Below are positions 10,183 through 21,330 of a DNA stretch of 64,000 nt, piece by piece. The translations under genes were made by a program, and so were the position numbers. The notes under the pieces were generated by a model. It was not told where the DNA came from. It saw only the letters and a program-made list of their open reading frames with translations, and did not search any database. Position 1 is the stretch's first letter; each line of letters begins with the position of its first letter. The DNA is taken from the sequence record LR756504.1; one strand, written 5' to 3'.

Positions 10183-10714
10183 CTTTGAAGATTTTATTAT
10201 ATTTTGGTTAGAAAATCCAAATGGTAGTTTTACATTTAAAAAATATCATACAAATAAAAATATGTTATACATTAGTAATATAGCATTACTACCATTAGCT
10301 AGAATAACAGAGAATGTAGTTTATTTAGATTTTTCTATAATACATAAAAAAGCAATAAAGCTTATAATACCTATTTTTAAAAAATTGAATATCGAATTTT
10401 ATTTAGTTAGAAATTTTACTAAGTTCCATTTAAACAAAGATGAATTTTCTATTAGATACGAAGATTTAGATAACATGTTAGACAATTATATCAATAAAGA
10501 ATTCTATGATTTATTTAAAATGATTGAATTTGATATACAAATGCACATATTTAATTATATCAATACTTTTAATTGTCATTCATCATGGGAACAAATAAAT
10601 AATGAGAGGATTAAAAAAATAAAGAATAATAGTTATAGAAATATTGATAAAGAAATTGTGTCGGAAATATTATCACTTGATAGAAATTTTAAGATTTTCT
10701 CATTATTAATGTGA
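10166..10714 (+). CDS. Hypothetical protein with C-terminal RxxKIxxLL motif
   Basis: 182-aa ORF ending DRNFKIFSLLM. Confidence 0.6.
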   Translation: MKEFYSFEDFIIFWLENPNGSFTFKKYHTNKNMLYISNIALLPLARITENVVYLDFSIIHKKAIKLIIPIFKKLNIEFYLVRNFTKFHLNKDEFSIRYEDLDNMLDNYINKEFYDLFKMIEFDIQMHIFNYINTFNCHSSWEQINNERIKKIKNNSYRNIDKEIVSEILSLDRNFKIFSLLM

Positions 10715-10744
10715 ACGAATAATATAGAAAATAACAAAAGTCTA

Positions 10745-12586
10745 TTATGCACTCGGTTGTATAATAATTTCATCTCTTTCCCACACCCATTTAATATTTC
10801 CAGAATTCCAATACCTATACATACTAATATCAGACATAATTTGCTCTTCTGTTAATTTCGGATCAAATCCCATTTTAATTAATTTACCTTTAAAAAAATT
10901 AAATCTATGATGCCTTTTCATATATGCATCTATATAATAATAACCAGGTTTTGTAACACCATTGTCATCAAAACCTAAATTTGCATAAAAACCAACTCCC
11001 CAATTATTATCAGAGTATGATATTATACGCTTAACTTCTACCGCATTTAAAAAATGTTTAAATAACTTGGATGCTCCACCAACTACGGTTGTGTATTTTT
11101 TATTACAAAATCTTATTAATTCAAAATTACCCTCCACTCTTTCATGATTCATAAATTTTCTTAAACCACAAAATGACATAATTGACACAAGTTCATCATT
11201 ATAAAATAATCCATATTTATATTTACTATGCGCATATCCTTGAATATGATTTTCCTCTAGAAATTTTCTATATTGATTATTATTAAGTTCTCTAATTATT
11301 GTTTTTCTTGCCCAAATTTTTTCATTACTTTTACATAATAAATTATGTAATCTAGACATTATAATATCTTTTTTATTATTCCACTCATCTTGCCATATTT
11401 GTATTAATTTAATACCAAGTTCTCTACAATGTTTAAATTTATTTATATGATATTGCGTACTTTTAAAATCCTCATTGTGGTAATACATACCATTACATTC
11501 AATGGCAATATTTAATTCAGGTATATAAATGTCCAATTCTTTAGGTTTTATAATACTCCTATTACTTGATATAATTTCACCATTGTAAATTGATTTGACA
11601 TATTCCAATACTTTTAATTCAAAATCTGAAGAACTTTTAGGATTATTACACACTGTACATAATGCATGCATATCTTTAAATCTATTTAAAAATAATCCTA
11701 ATGAAATTCTGAAAGATTTATGTTCACATCTACTATTATTAGTAATGTCGAAAAAAATACTATAATTATTACTATTATAAATACCTCTATTTATATTTGA
11801 TATGTCTATATTATAGACAGTTTTCATTTTTTCTATTAATTTTAAATTAAAAGTGTTTCTAAAGTTTATTCTAAAATTTTCAACACTTTTAGCTCTATTA
11901 ATAATAGATTTTTTCTTTATCCCATCATTCAACATGGGATATTCAACACCATATAATTTTTTACTGGTTATCTTACATTTTTCGTAAATATTTTTGTTTG
12001 ACCAGGGATGTTCAACACCGTACTTTTCATTACTAGTATTTTTATAAGATTCTTTCCAACTATCAATATTTAATTTAAAAGAATTTATTCTTTTTTCTAC
12101 AAAATCTGGATTTTTACTAGGATTATCATATCCAAAATTAATTAAATTTGTAGATTTTCTTTTTTCATTTATTTCAGTTTGTTCATCCTGTGTTCTATTT
12201 TCTAATTTAGATTTAAACATCATCATCTTATCTTCATTAAAAATCGCATATTCAACACCATATTTTTCAATATTGGTATTTTTCCTCTTATTCATTATTT
12301 CATCAGAAGAACTTTGACATTTATTAGAACAATACCTTAAATATCCTAAAGTTTTATTTTTGAAATTTGTTTTATTGTTGCATTTAGAATTATTACAAAC
12401 TCCTACAGTTTTTAAATCGTGTATATACAGATAAACTCGCTCTTTAAATGGAATTTCATACAAATCATAGATTTTTGTATAATTTATGATTTCATCATAA
12501 GCATCTTTATTATTGGTTAAAATCCATTTTTCTTTTGATAGTTTACCATTGTTATCAGGTTGATCTAAAAATTCTTTTGTAGTCAT
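10745..12586 (-). mobile_element. Free-standing Hef-like homing endonuclease gene, copy 1
   Basis: N-terminal YCS..C and (K)YG(V) repeats, CTVC, ELDIYIPELNIAIECNG.YYH nuclease motif, C-terminal NHIQG...ELIRFC...GGASKL domain. Confidence 0.7.
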
Positions 12587-12623
12587 AATAATATTATATT
12601 ATGTTATTAATAAAAAGTTTTAA

Positions 12624-12658
12624 AAATAAAGGGGAATATAAATTATTCCCCTTTATTT
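12624..12658. terminator. Intrinsic terminator after the sheath gene
   Basis: aaataaaggggaata-taaat-tattcccctttattt. Confidence 0.8.
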
Positions 12659-12662
12659 GAAT

Positions 12663-15600
12663 TTATCTAAAACCACCCGCTGCAATATCACCAGTTTTTA
12701 ATATTGTGATGTTGTTAACAATAATTCCCATACTTTTTACTGGTTCTACAAAAGTATCAAGCACGCCAATTTGTGCATCTATAATATCAGGAGTATTGTT
12801 TGTTTCGTCTATTACGTTGAAGAAATCGTATAAACCATTATCTCTAACATATCTTTGACAGATAGCATCAGCTTTAGCTTTAATTTCTTCTCTAACATCT
12901 TTAGTGTTAAATCTCCATTGATAAGTTAATAACATTTGGTATAATTCTTCTTCAAGTTCTACTAACACTTCTCTCACGTGAATGTAAGATAATGCTGAAC
13001 GTGGAGAAACTTGTGCAGTATTATCAGTTTCTATACAAAATCCTCTGTTCATTTTATAAACAATAGGGTTAGCATTCATTAAGTTTAAATTTTCAATGTC
13101 ATCTGGAGTTAAGTCCATTTCAACATTTCCGAAACCCGTTAAGAATCCATTTGTTAAACCCGCTGCAACAGTCCAAGGTTTAACAGATGCTAATCTTATT
13201 ATATGTTTTCTCATAAATGTATTAGCAACAAATGAAGATGGTGGTACATCTATTGGTCTACCATTATCATCAAGTGAAACGTGCGGGAAGAAATAACCTA
13301 CGTTTGATTGACCTTTACCTTGTCCGAATTCATATAAGAATGATGGACTCGACTCAGGATCACCACCTAATCTTATGAATTCAGTATTTAAAGTTTTATC
13401 AGAATTTATAAATATAGTAGATGTACTATTTTTAAATGCTTTAGCAGATGGCATATTTAATATACCAAAACATGTTAATTTATCACCACAAAGATCAACT
13501 AATTGTTGTTTTGAATTTGATGTTAAACCATTGCTCCATGGATCTACTAAATATCTCCAAGTAATTTTATTTCTATTAATTAATCCTTTTGATAAAGGAG
13601 TTCCTGGTGCAAGAACATCAAGAATATCACTTTGTCTTTTCTCGGAATTATCAGGCATTGAATCAGCCCTCATTTTAAATCCACCTAAAACTATAGCATT
13701 ATATGTATTTACATAAGATTCCATAGCTGTAAATCTGAATGTTTGCAAATCAGCACCAAATGATAATACATCAATTTGAGCATCAGTTGTAATTTCAACT
13801 AATGTTGGATCAGCAGCATAAAGTTTTTTACCTACTATTCTTGTGAGCTTTTTACCAATTTCACCTGTTTGTAATAAATCATCATTAACAAATGCTTGTA
13901 AATAATCGCCAATTTTAACACCATTATATCTAGCGCTATTGATTAAAACTTTATTAGTTGCTAATACAGCTTCTATTTCTAAACTTTCTTTAAAATTATT
14001 TCTCTTAGAGAATATTTTTATTGATTCGAGATTGAATGTGTCTGATATAGTAACAGGATTAAATAATTTATCAGAATATTGTACTGTTAAATTACTCCCA
14101 ATAAAATACATTTTCAAATATGTTATATCGGAATCATTAGCACCATGAATAGTAACATTACCATTTAATACTGCTTCAGTTTTTATTAATTCATTTACAA
14201 TAATGTCTAATTTTAAGTTGTATGTTCTTCCGTTAAAATTATATAATGGTTGTGATGAAGTATTAGTATCTGTTAATGTCATGTTAAGAACAGTGAATAT
14301 TTGATCATTACCAACTGAACCGAATAATCTTATTTTTCCAGACATTAATCCATGAACAATGCTATCAGCATCATTATAATATAATGTAATTATATCATTA
14401 CCACTCACTCTTTTGAACTCAACGTCGGGGAACTCATGGAAATATAAGTTAGGGAAGAAATAATCACCAGAATTAATCATACCATCTTTATATGATTTAT
14501 ATAGAGATGAATTAGAAGAAACAACACCATATCCAGAAGATGATGATGTAGGCTCAGTTTTAGTACCAGCTGGATCACCAGTGCTAGATCTAAATGTTAA
14601 TTCATCGTCCACAAAGAAAATCTCAGGTGTACCTGAAGTGCTTGTGTTAATATTAATTGATGGTGCAACAACAATTGTTACACTTTTATTATCAGAACCA
14701 TCTGTTCCAAATGTAATATCAGTAAGAATTATCTTTTGATTAGATACATTTTTAATTATAGAAATACCTGCTTTTAATTTAGATTGTAATTGATTGAATA
14801 TTGCTAATAATCTAGTTTTTCTATAGTTAAAATCACTATCAGAATTTTTAGTACCTGTAAATACAAATTCTATTACATTAGAAGATGCGTTATTAATACC
14901 ATAACTTATCAATATATCAGCAGAGTTTGTACCATTTGATACTTCGAAATCAATTGCACCTAATACTTGTATTGGCGCGGTAATACTTAATGTACCACTA
15001 GAACCTTGGCTACCTATATAAACTATTGCTACAGGTAGAACACCTGATGCAAGTGGTTTTAATGGCACATCATCCCATTGTGTTTGATTAGACACCTCGA
15101 ATCCATGCTCAACACCTAAATTACCATTAGCATCAAAGTATAAAGTATCTTTTCTAATTTTTCCAATTACAACATCATTAACTAAAATACTATTATTTAA
15201 AGCGTTGACTTTAACACCACTTAATATATAATTAAGAGATGTTGGAATTAAATTAATTTCAGAAGAATTAACTCCTGTAGTAATTAGAAAATCTGTAAAA
15301 GCTAAAGAACTTAATATTTTACCTTCATGATTAACGCCTTCGTGTCCAAATGCATTTCCAGCTCTATCAAGAACTTGTTCGGTAAATGTTAAATTTTCAC
15401 TAATAGATTCTTTATAAGATAAATATTCAATTGTTTCAGTATCTTCATCAACTAAATTAGAACCAATTAAGTCCAATAAACCTTTTGAATAATCAGATCC
15501 TTCTACAGCATCAATATCATATGCTACAAAAACACCAGTAGTATCAGTATCTCTATTAACTACAGTTTCAATGAAAATATCTCTACTATTAGCATTGTTA

Positions 15601-16409
15601 GCTTCTGCTTTGAAATAAGGTATTATTGATAAATCTGAATATATTTTTAATACATTTACTGATGGATCATTATAGAAATTAGCTATTTGATCTTTTCTCA
15701 AACCATTTGGATTAAAATATCTTGACCATTTAGTATCTACTGATAATGTTTTATAATCTGACCAATCACCCGAAACGACAAGCATAGAAACAACGTAATC
15801 CGATGCTAAATCCGATGGATGTAAATAAGGCGGAACTTTTGATTTTCCACCATACCAAACTTCTAATGTTTCATCATAACCTCTTGCAGTAGATTTAAAT
15901 AAGAAAACAGAAACTTTTCTATCACTCATATTTGTAATATGAAAGATATGTCTATTATCAGTTATATTCTCTTTTGCTACTGACAAGAAAGAATCAGTGT
16001 CTCTATACCAGAAATCAGATTTATTGAAAAATTTTGAATAAGCAGATTTTTTAACAATATCATTAGCAACATTTGATGCAACAGAAACAGTCTTCCATTC
16101 TAATAAATCTAAATCGTCATCTGTTTTTAATAAGTTTAATGCCCACACTGGACCATTACCTAAAATGTTAAGAATAGTTCTATGGAAAAAACAGCCTTTT
16201 TTCTCTAAAAATCTATCAATGTCTCCAAAAATTTCAATCAACTGTTGTGGATTTTCTATGAAAATAGGTCTATTTACAGGTCCTTTTCTAGAAAAGCCAG
16301 GAACAAGATTTATTAATGTAGTTTGCGCAGGAATCTGTCTAACTGAGGCATCAATTTCCCTGATATAAATACCAGGTCTTTTAAAATCTGCAATATTAAT
16401 GTTAGCCAT
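12663..16409 (-). CDS. Contractile tail sheath protein (gp18-like), unusually large
   Basis: N-terminal RPGIYIREID...GPVN; C-terminal PPS..VA, W...AG...G, YIHVREVL, FNVIDETNNTPDIID sheath motifs. Confidence 0.92.
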   Translation of the reverse strand: MANINIADFKRPGIYIREIDASVRQIPAQTTLINLVPGFSRKGPVNRPIFIENPQQLIEIFGDIDRFLEKKGCFFHRTILNILGNGPVWALNLLKTDDDLDLLEWKTVSVASNVANDIVKKSAYSKFFNKSDFWYRDTDSFLSVAKENITDNRHIFHITNMSDRKVSVFLFKSTARGYDETLEVWYGGKSKVPPYLHPSDLASDYVVSMLVVSGDWSDYKTLSVDTKWSRYFNPNGLRKDQIANFYNDPSVNVLKIYSDLSIIPYFKAEANNANSRDIFIETVVNRDTDTTGVFVAYDIDAVEGSDYSKGLLDLIGSNLVDEDTETIEYLSYKESISENLTFTEQVLDRAGNAFGHEGVNHEGKILSSLAFTDFLITTGVNSSEINLIPTSLNYILSGVKVNALNNSILVNDVVIGKIRKDTLYFDANGNLGVEHGFEVSNQTQWDDVPLKPLASGVLPVAIVYIGSQGSSGTLSITAPIQVLGAIDFEVSNGTNSADILISYGINNASSNVIEFVFTGTKNSDSDFNYRKTRLLAIFNQLQSKLKAGISIIKNVSNQKIILTDITFGTDGSDNKSVTIVVAPSININTSTSGTPEIFFVDDELTFRSSTGDPAGTKTEPTSSSSGYGVVSSNSSLYKSYKDGMINSGDYFFPNLYFHEFPDVEFKRVSGNDIITLYYNDADSIVHGLMSGKIRLFGSVGNDQIFTVLNMTLTDTNTSSQPLYNFNGRTYNLKLDIIVNELIKTEAVLNGNVTIHGANDSDITYLKMYFIGSNLTVQYSDKLFNPVTISDTFNLESIKIFSKRNNFKESLEIEAVLATNKVLINSARYNGVKIGDYLQAFVNDDLLQTGEIGKKLTRIVGKKLYAADPTLVEITTDAQIDVLSFGADLQTFRFTAMESYVNTYNAIVLGGFKMRADSMPDNSEKRQSDILDVLAPGTPLSKGLINRNKITWRYLVDPWSNGLTSNSKQQLVDLCGDKLTCFGILNMPSAKAFKNSTSTIFINSDKTLNTEFIRLGGDPESSPSFLYEFGQGKGQSNVGYFFPHVSLDDNGRPIDVPPSSFVANTFMRKHIIRLASVKPWTVAAGLTNGFLTGFGNVEMDLTPDDIENLNLMNANPIVYKMNRGFCIETDNTAQVSPRSALSYIHVREVLVELEEELYQMLLTYQWRFNTKDVREEIKAKADAICQRYVRDNGLYDFFNVIDETNNTPDIIDAQIGVLDTFVEPVKSMGIIVNNITILKTGDIAAGGFR

Positions 16410-16541
16410 TATAATGATACTTTATTTTGTTTATATATTAAAATCTATATGCCAAAAATATCAATATAATCATTTTTAATAGGGTACTTATTCAAACTTA
16501 TCCTTAATGCGTAGTATAATACTGTGTAAAATAATAGATAT

Positions 16542-17363
16542 ATGAGAAATTTTTTTAAAATAAAAAGTATAAAACAATTTAAACTGTTCATAAAAAATAC
16601 AAAAATGAATAGTATAATTAAAGAAGATTTTCTAAAGTTGAAGGAATTTGCACCTTATAATAGCGAGAAGATAAATGAATTGAAAGATTTAAGAAAACTT
16701 GGTTTATATGTTTCTGAGTTAGTTACTTTGGAAATTTGGGAAAAACAAAAAGATATTAAAAAGAAAGTCTTAGCTGATTTTATGTATTTTAAAAATAGAT
16801 ATCCCGACTATTCGTATATTAGTGAAGACACACTGAATAATCTTCTAATCGAATACAATATTACTAAATCAAAAACAAATTCACATAAATTTAGTCTAAA
16901 TAATAGAGTTAGAACAAATTTAATGAATTTTAATTTAGATGATAGTGATGTTCATTTTTATATAGAATCTACTATATCATTTTGGTCAGCCTATAGTAGT
17001 ATAAGTAACTCATCCTACACACTAAGGTACATTAAACAAAATCCAACATCATTTACTCAAATAAATGAAAGTACTTATACATCAAATAGTGTAAATTATA
17101 ATAGGGATACCATGTATATTTTATATAGCCCACTTTATTCCGATTATATTATACTTCACCCAATATCAAGAGAAAGTAGAAAAGGCTTTTTAATAGTTGC
17201 AACATCACATGATATTAAAAATGAAATCAAAAATAGAACTAATGTAAATAATCGTGATGATAATATGACCACTCTTATAGAAGGGATAAAAGTAAAAAGA
17301 GGAAAGGATTTATCAGAAAATTTAACTGATGAAGAAATAATGGAATTGATAGATAGTCTATAA
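16542..17363 (+). CDS. Hypothetical protein
   Basis: 273-aa ORF between the sheath and terminase genes. Confidence 0.6.
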   Translation: MRNFFKIKSIKQFKLFIKNTKMNSIIKEDFLKLKEFAPYNSEKINELKDLRKLGLYVSELVTLEIWEKQKDIKKKVLADFMYFKNRYPDYSYISEDTLNNLLIEYNITKSKTNSHKFSLNNRVRTNLMNFNLDDSDVHFYIESTISFWSAYSSISNSSYTLRYIKQNPTSFTQINESTYTSNSVNYNRDTMYILYSPLYSDYIILHPISRESRKGFLIVATSHDIKNEIKNRTNVNNRDDNMTTLIEGIKVKRGKDLSENLTDEEIMELIDSL

Positions 17364-17382
17364 TTTTTTGATATATAATAAG

Positions 17383-17838
17383 ATGAAGAAAAATGATACT
17401 AAAAATTTTATAGAAAGATCTTTAATAATCCATAATGGTTTGTACGGCTACAATAAAACTGAATATATTAAAAGTACTGATAAGGTTTTGAATAATTGTC
17501 CAAATTGCTTATTATCAAAAGGTGAATTATTAGTAGAAAAGATATTAATAATGGAAAAAATAAATTTTATAAAACAAATGAAATTTGAAAAATGTGTGCA
17601 TAAAAAAATGTTAATGTTTGATTTTTATTTACCTGATTATAATATATGTATTGAATTTAATGGACTTCAACATTATAAACCCATTAAAATATTTGGTGGA
17701 GAAGATAATTTAAAGATAATTAAAATAAGAGATGCTATAAAAGTAGAATTTTGTAAGAAAAATAATATAAAATTAATTAATATTCCATATAAAGATATGG
17801 CTAATGTAGAAACCATTATAAAAAATAATTTAATTTAA
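17383..17838 (+). CDS. Minimal or internally deleted Vsr/DUF559-like endonuclease
   Basis: CPNC..SKGE, FDFYLPDYNICIEFNGLQH, RD..K..FC motifs; its stop overlaps the terL ATG (taatg). Confidence 0.65.
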   Translation: MKKNDTKNFIERSLIIHNGLYGYNKTEYIKSTDKVLNNCPNCLLSKGELLVEKILIMEKINFIKQMKFEKCVHKKMLMFDFYLPDYNICIEFNGLQHYKPIKIFGGEDNLKIIKIRDAIKVEFCKKNNIKLINIPYKDMANVETIIKNNLI

Positions 17839-20144
17839 TGGCAGATAATCAAAATAAATTTGTATTTAATACTAAAACAATAGATGAGATAAAAAATAAA
17901 GCAGACTTAGGATTTAAAACACCCAGACATGAGAAATATTGGCTTAATAATTTACAGCTTGTAAAAAAAGAGAATATTATTTTTGAGCGTACTGATGTAG
18001 AAATTGAAGAGTACATGAAATGTATGATGGGTATTAATAATGTCGAGTATATTAATACCTATACAACTGATGGTATATTATTAGTACTTAGCGGAACATT
18101 ACATACTGATAGTAATAAAAATCCAGAAATGTCAGGGTTACTATACTTTTCGGAAAAATATTGTAAAATTAAAAGAGAAGATGGATCAATTGGTCAAATG
18201 AAATTAAGAGATTATCAGAAAGATATTTTAAATCTTTATGATAATAATAGATTCAGTATCCTTATGTCTTCTAGACAATCTGGAAAAACTGTTTCAGCAG
18301 CAATTACAATTCTTCATTATATTATTTTTAATAACGATAAGACAATTATGATTGTTGCTAATAAACTTGATACTGTTGTTGAAATTGTTGACAAAATTAA
18401 AGCTATTTATTATTTATTACCGTGGTTTATAAAACCAGGTGTATCAAATTGGACTCAATCACAAATAACTTTTGATACTGGTTGTAGAATTAGAACAGCA
18501 GCCGCTACAAAATCAGCAGCGATCGGTTTTAGTTGTGACCTAATATTTCTTGACGAGATGGCACATATACAAGCAAATATAATAGAGGATTATTACAGAT
18601 CTGTATTTCCAACTATTGCAGCAATTAAAAATTCAAAGATTATTATTACATCAACACCGAATGGTTATAATCTATTTTATAAAATTTTAACTTCTGCCGA
18701 AAAACCTGTGGGTGACAAAGAAAAAAATAATTATAATGCATTAAGAGTGTATTGGTGGCAAGTACCTGGTAGATATGTTACATATATTCGTTTAGATACA
18801 TTCTTGTGTGAAAAATTTAAAATTGATAATACTATATTCCATAAATGGATTTCTGATATGGGATTTAAAACGGAATTGATATATTCTAAACAAGATATGA
18901 AGTATGAAATACACATACAAAATAAAAAAGAATTCTTACCAGAATATATAAAAGAAGAAATGAAGGGTAAAGAAACTGACGATATTCTTTCTAATTATTT
19001 TAGAAGTTTAATTTATGAAGTTGATGATAATAAATATAGAATAAAAGATTTTGCCGATATTTCATCTTGGAAAGAAGATGCTATAAAAGATATTGGTGGT
19101 GAGGATAATTTTAATCAAGAATTTGATCTTCAATTTGCAAATGGTAATAAAGTACTTTTTGACTCTCAGACATTAGATAAATTAACAAATGATAAAGTTC
19201 CATTTGTTTATCAACAAATAGATAAAATAGACAGAAGAACTTTTTTAAAATATGAAGATTTGACATGGATAAAAGATATGCCAGATATTTTTGATTTGAG
19301 TCAAGTACGTAATTATCATATGGTATTGGCTGTTGATTTATCTGAAGGTTTAGGACAAGATTTTTCTGTAATTAATATTTTTAGAATAATGAATAAACCT
19401 ATGGATGAGTGGCCTAAAAGTGTTGAATGTTTATATGACATGTTTAAATTAGAGCAAGTTGGAATATTCAAAAGTAATATAATGAGTGTGAGTGAAATTG
19501 CTGAAATTCTTTATTTACTCTCTTTTGAAGTTTTTAATTCCAATAATATTGGAGTTGTATTAGAAGTTAATGCATTTGGTGGTGAATTAATTTCAAATAT
19601 GAGAGAATTATGGAATGGTAGAAATGAATTTAGCAATCATATATTTTTTAGATATAAACATAGAGAAGATGCAATTAAGAAAGATATTGGATTGAAAATT
19701 AGAACAAATAAAAATATTTTTGTTAGAAATTATCAAAAGAGAATTAAAACTGGTGATATTATAATACATGAGGAAGGTACTTTAAAAGAAATGACCACTT
19801 TCGTTAAGAAAGAAACTAGATCTGGTAATATAGTGTTTGAGGCTGATGCAGGTGGACACGATGATTCTGTAATGACTATTGTCGCAACAGCAACAACATT
19901 TGACAATACTTTATTACATGAATTAATGTCAAACTATATGAATGGTTTAAGCGAAAGTATTAAAAATGCTATGGAAAAGAAAATAGGAGAAAATCCTAAT
20001 ATAAATGGTGCTGATTATTCAGTATTATTTAAAGCGCAACAACGCTCTAATAATATAGGAACATCAAATAATCCATGGAAGACGAATTGGAATAATGACG
20101 ATTTTAATTTAGGAACAGGCTCTAATCCATGGAGTAACAAATAA
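17838..20144 (+). CDS. Terminase large subunit (gp17-like)
   Basis: LRDYQ, SRQSGKT (Walker A), IFLDE (Walker B), ITSTPNG, AVDLSEGLGQDFS, HDD nuclease motifs. Confidence 0.95.
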   Translation: MADNQNKFVFNTKTIDEIKNKADLGFKTPRHEKYWLNNLQLVKKENIIFERTDVEIEEYMKCMMGINNVEYINTYTTDGILLVLSGTLHTDSNKNPEMSGLLYFSEKYCKIKREDGSIGQMKLRDYQKDILNLYDNNRFSILMSSRQSGKTVSAAITILHYIIFNNDKTIMIVANKLDTVVEIVDKIKAIYYLLPWFIKPGVSNWTQSQITFDTGCRIRTAAATKSAAIGFSCDLIFLDEMAHIQANIIEDYYRSVFPTIAAIKNSKIIITSTPNGYNLFYKILTSAEKPVGDKEKNNYNALRVYWWQVPGRYVTYIRLDTFLCEKFKIDNTIFHKWISDMGFKTELIYSKQDMKYEIHIQNKKEFLPEYIKEEMKGKETDDILSNYFRSLIYEVDDNKYRIKDFADISSWKEDAIKDIGGEDNFNQEFDLQFANGNKVLFDSQTLDKLTNDKVPFVYQQIDKIDRRTFLKYEDLTWIKDMPDIFDLSQVRNYHMVLAVDLSEGLGQDFSVINIFRIMNKPMDEWPKSVECLYDMFKLEQVGIFKSNIMSVSEIAEILYLLSFEVFNSNNIGVVLEVNAFGGELISNMRELWNGRNEFSNHIFFRYKHREDAIKKDIGLKIRTNKNIFVRNYQKRIKTGDIIIHEEGTLKEMTTFVKKETRSGNIVFEADAGGHDDSVMTIVATATTFDNTLLHELMSNYMNGLSESIKNAMEKKIGENPNINGADYSVLFKAQQRSNNIGTSNNPWKTNWNNDDFNLGTGSNPWSNK

Positions 20145-20159
20145 CAAATATATACTTTT

Positions 20160-20792
20160 ATGAGTAATCAAGATAGAAAAAATAAGATTAGCGAATTAGA
20201 AAGTCTTTATCAAGAAGCTTTGAATAGTAGTGTACCTGAAGCTCAGGTTGTAAATGAGTTATCTAATTTAGCACAGAAATTACCTGAAATAGAATTATAT
20301 GATTACGATAAGGATATAAAGGAGTCTAAACAAGAAGGAAACCAAGTTATAGAAAACATGGCGAATCTTTATTTAGGAACTACACCAGATGTATTAAACC
20401 ATCCTTATATTAAGAAGAAGAAAGAACACGATGCAATCAACCAAGCAGACATGTTATTTTTAAAGAAAATGGCTATGAGAGCTTTGATAATTCAATTAAA
20501 ACAGATGGATATGGGTGATACTTCACATAGAAACTTTGAGACGTTCTATACAGGTTTAAAAGAGATTAGAGACATAGTTAAACAATCTACATCAACACAA
20601 AATTTACAAGAAACTTTTTATAAACAATTAAAAGAAGATTTGGGTATTACTACTCAACCTACTGTTTCAACAGACGGTAGTAATGGTACAGGAAATAACG
20701 GTAATATAACGGATGCTAAAAGCTTGAATGAAACTATAAGAAGAATGATGGAGAAAAAGAAATTAGACGCTGAGGATGATGAAAATAAATAA
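20160..20792 (+). CDS. Possible terminase small subunit
   Basis: Adjacent to terL; helical protein with HRNFETF segment; preceded by AATATATA. Confidence 0.4.
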   Translation: MSNQDRKNKISELESLYQEALNSSVPEAQVVNELSNLAQKLPEIELYDYDKDIKESKQEGNQVIENMANLYLGTTPDVLNHPYIKKKKEHDAINQADMLFLKKMAMRALIIQLKQMDMGDTSHRNFETFYTGLKEIRDIVKQSTSTQNLQETFYKQLKEDLGITTQPTVSTDGSNGTGNNGNITDAKSLNETIRRMMEKKKLDAEDDENK

Positions 20793-20795
20793 TCC

Positions 20796-21077
20796 TTATC
20801 TTTTTTTAATCCACTCTACAAAGTTATTTATTAGTTCATTTGATAAAAGAAGTTCTTTAGTATTATAATATTTTCCTAATTCTTTTTCGTCTATAAAACG
20901 ATGTATATTAGAATGACAATCTTTACAAAGCATCAAACCATTTGTTCTCATATCACACTTTTTGAAATTTTTTAAGAACCATTTATTATTATGTAAAGTT
21001 TTAGGTATTAGATGATGGAATGATAAATTTCTCTCTCTTTCACACAATTCACATACGTTAATATTTTTATTCACCAT
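20796..21077 (-). CDS. Small HNH endonuclease
   Basis: CELC...HHLIP...LCKDCHSNIH. Confidence 0.85.
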   Translation of the reverse strand: MVNKNINVCELCERERNLSFHHLIPKTLHNNKWFLKNFKKCDMRTNGLMLCKDCHSNIHRFIDEKELGKYYNTKELLLSNELINNFVEWIKKR

Positions 21078-21330
21078 TCAATTCTTCTATTTTCATTTGT
21101 CTGAAAATTCCATTTAATCCTGTAAATTTATTATTTATGAATATTTTTTCATCTGTAATAGTACAAACCAAATGTTGGGATGCTCTGTAATCATTACAAT
21201 ATATTTTAATCATATTTGGTTCAATAATAGTTCTTACATTATAATATTTTATACTAGTGATATAAGAACGTATTATTTCATCATATTGATTATTTTTGTC
21301 ATGTAAAAATATAGTAAATAATCCTTTCAT
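21067..21330 (-). CDS. Hypothetical protein with C-terminal RQMKIEEL motif
   Basis: 87-aa ORF tightly coupled to its neighbours. Confidence 0.6.
   Translation of the reverse strand: MKGLFTIFLHDKNNQYDEIIRSYITSIKYYNVRTIIEPNMIKIYCNDYRASQHLVCTITDEKIFINNKFTGLNGIFRQMKIEELNGE

Noticed and set aside
18774-19067. Intein in terminase
   Set aside because: No N-terminal C/S/T, no C-terminal H-N/Q, no splicing or LAGLIDADG blocks
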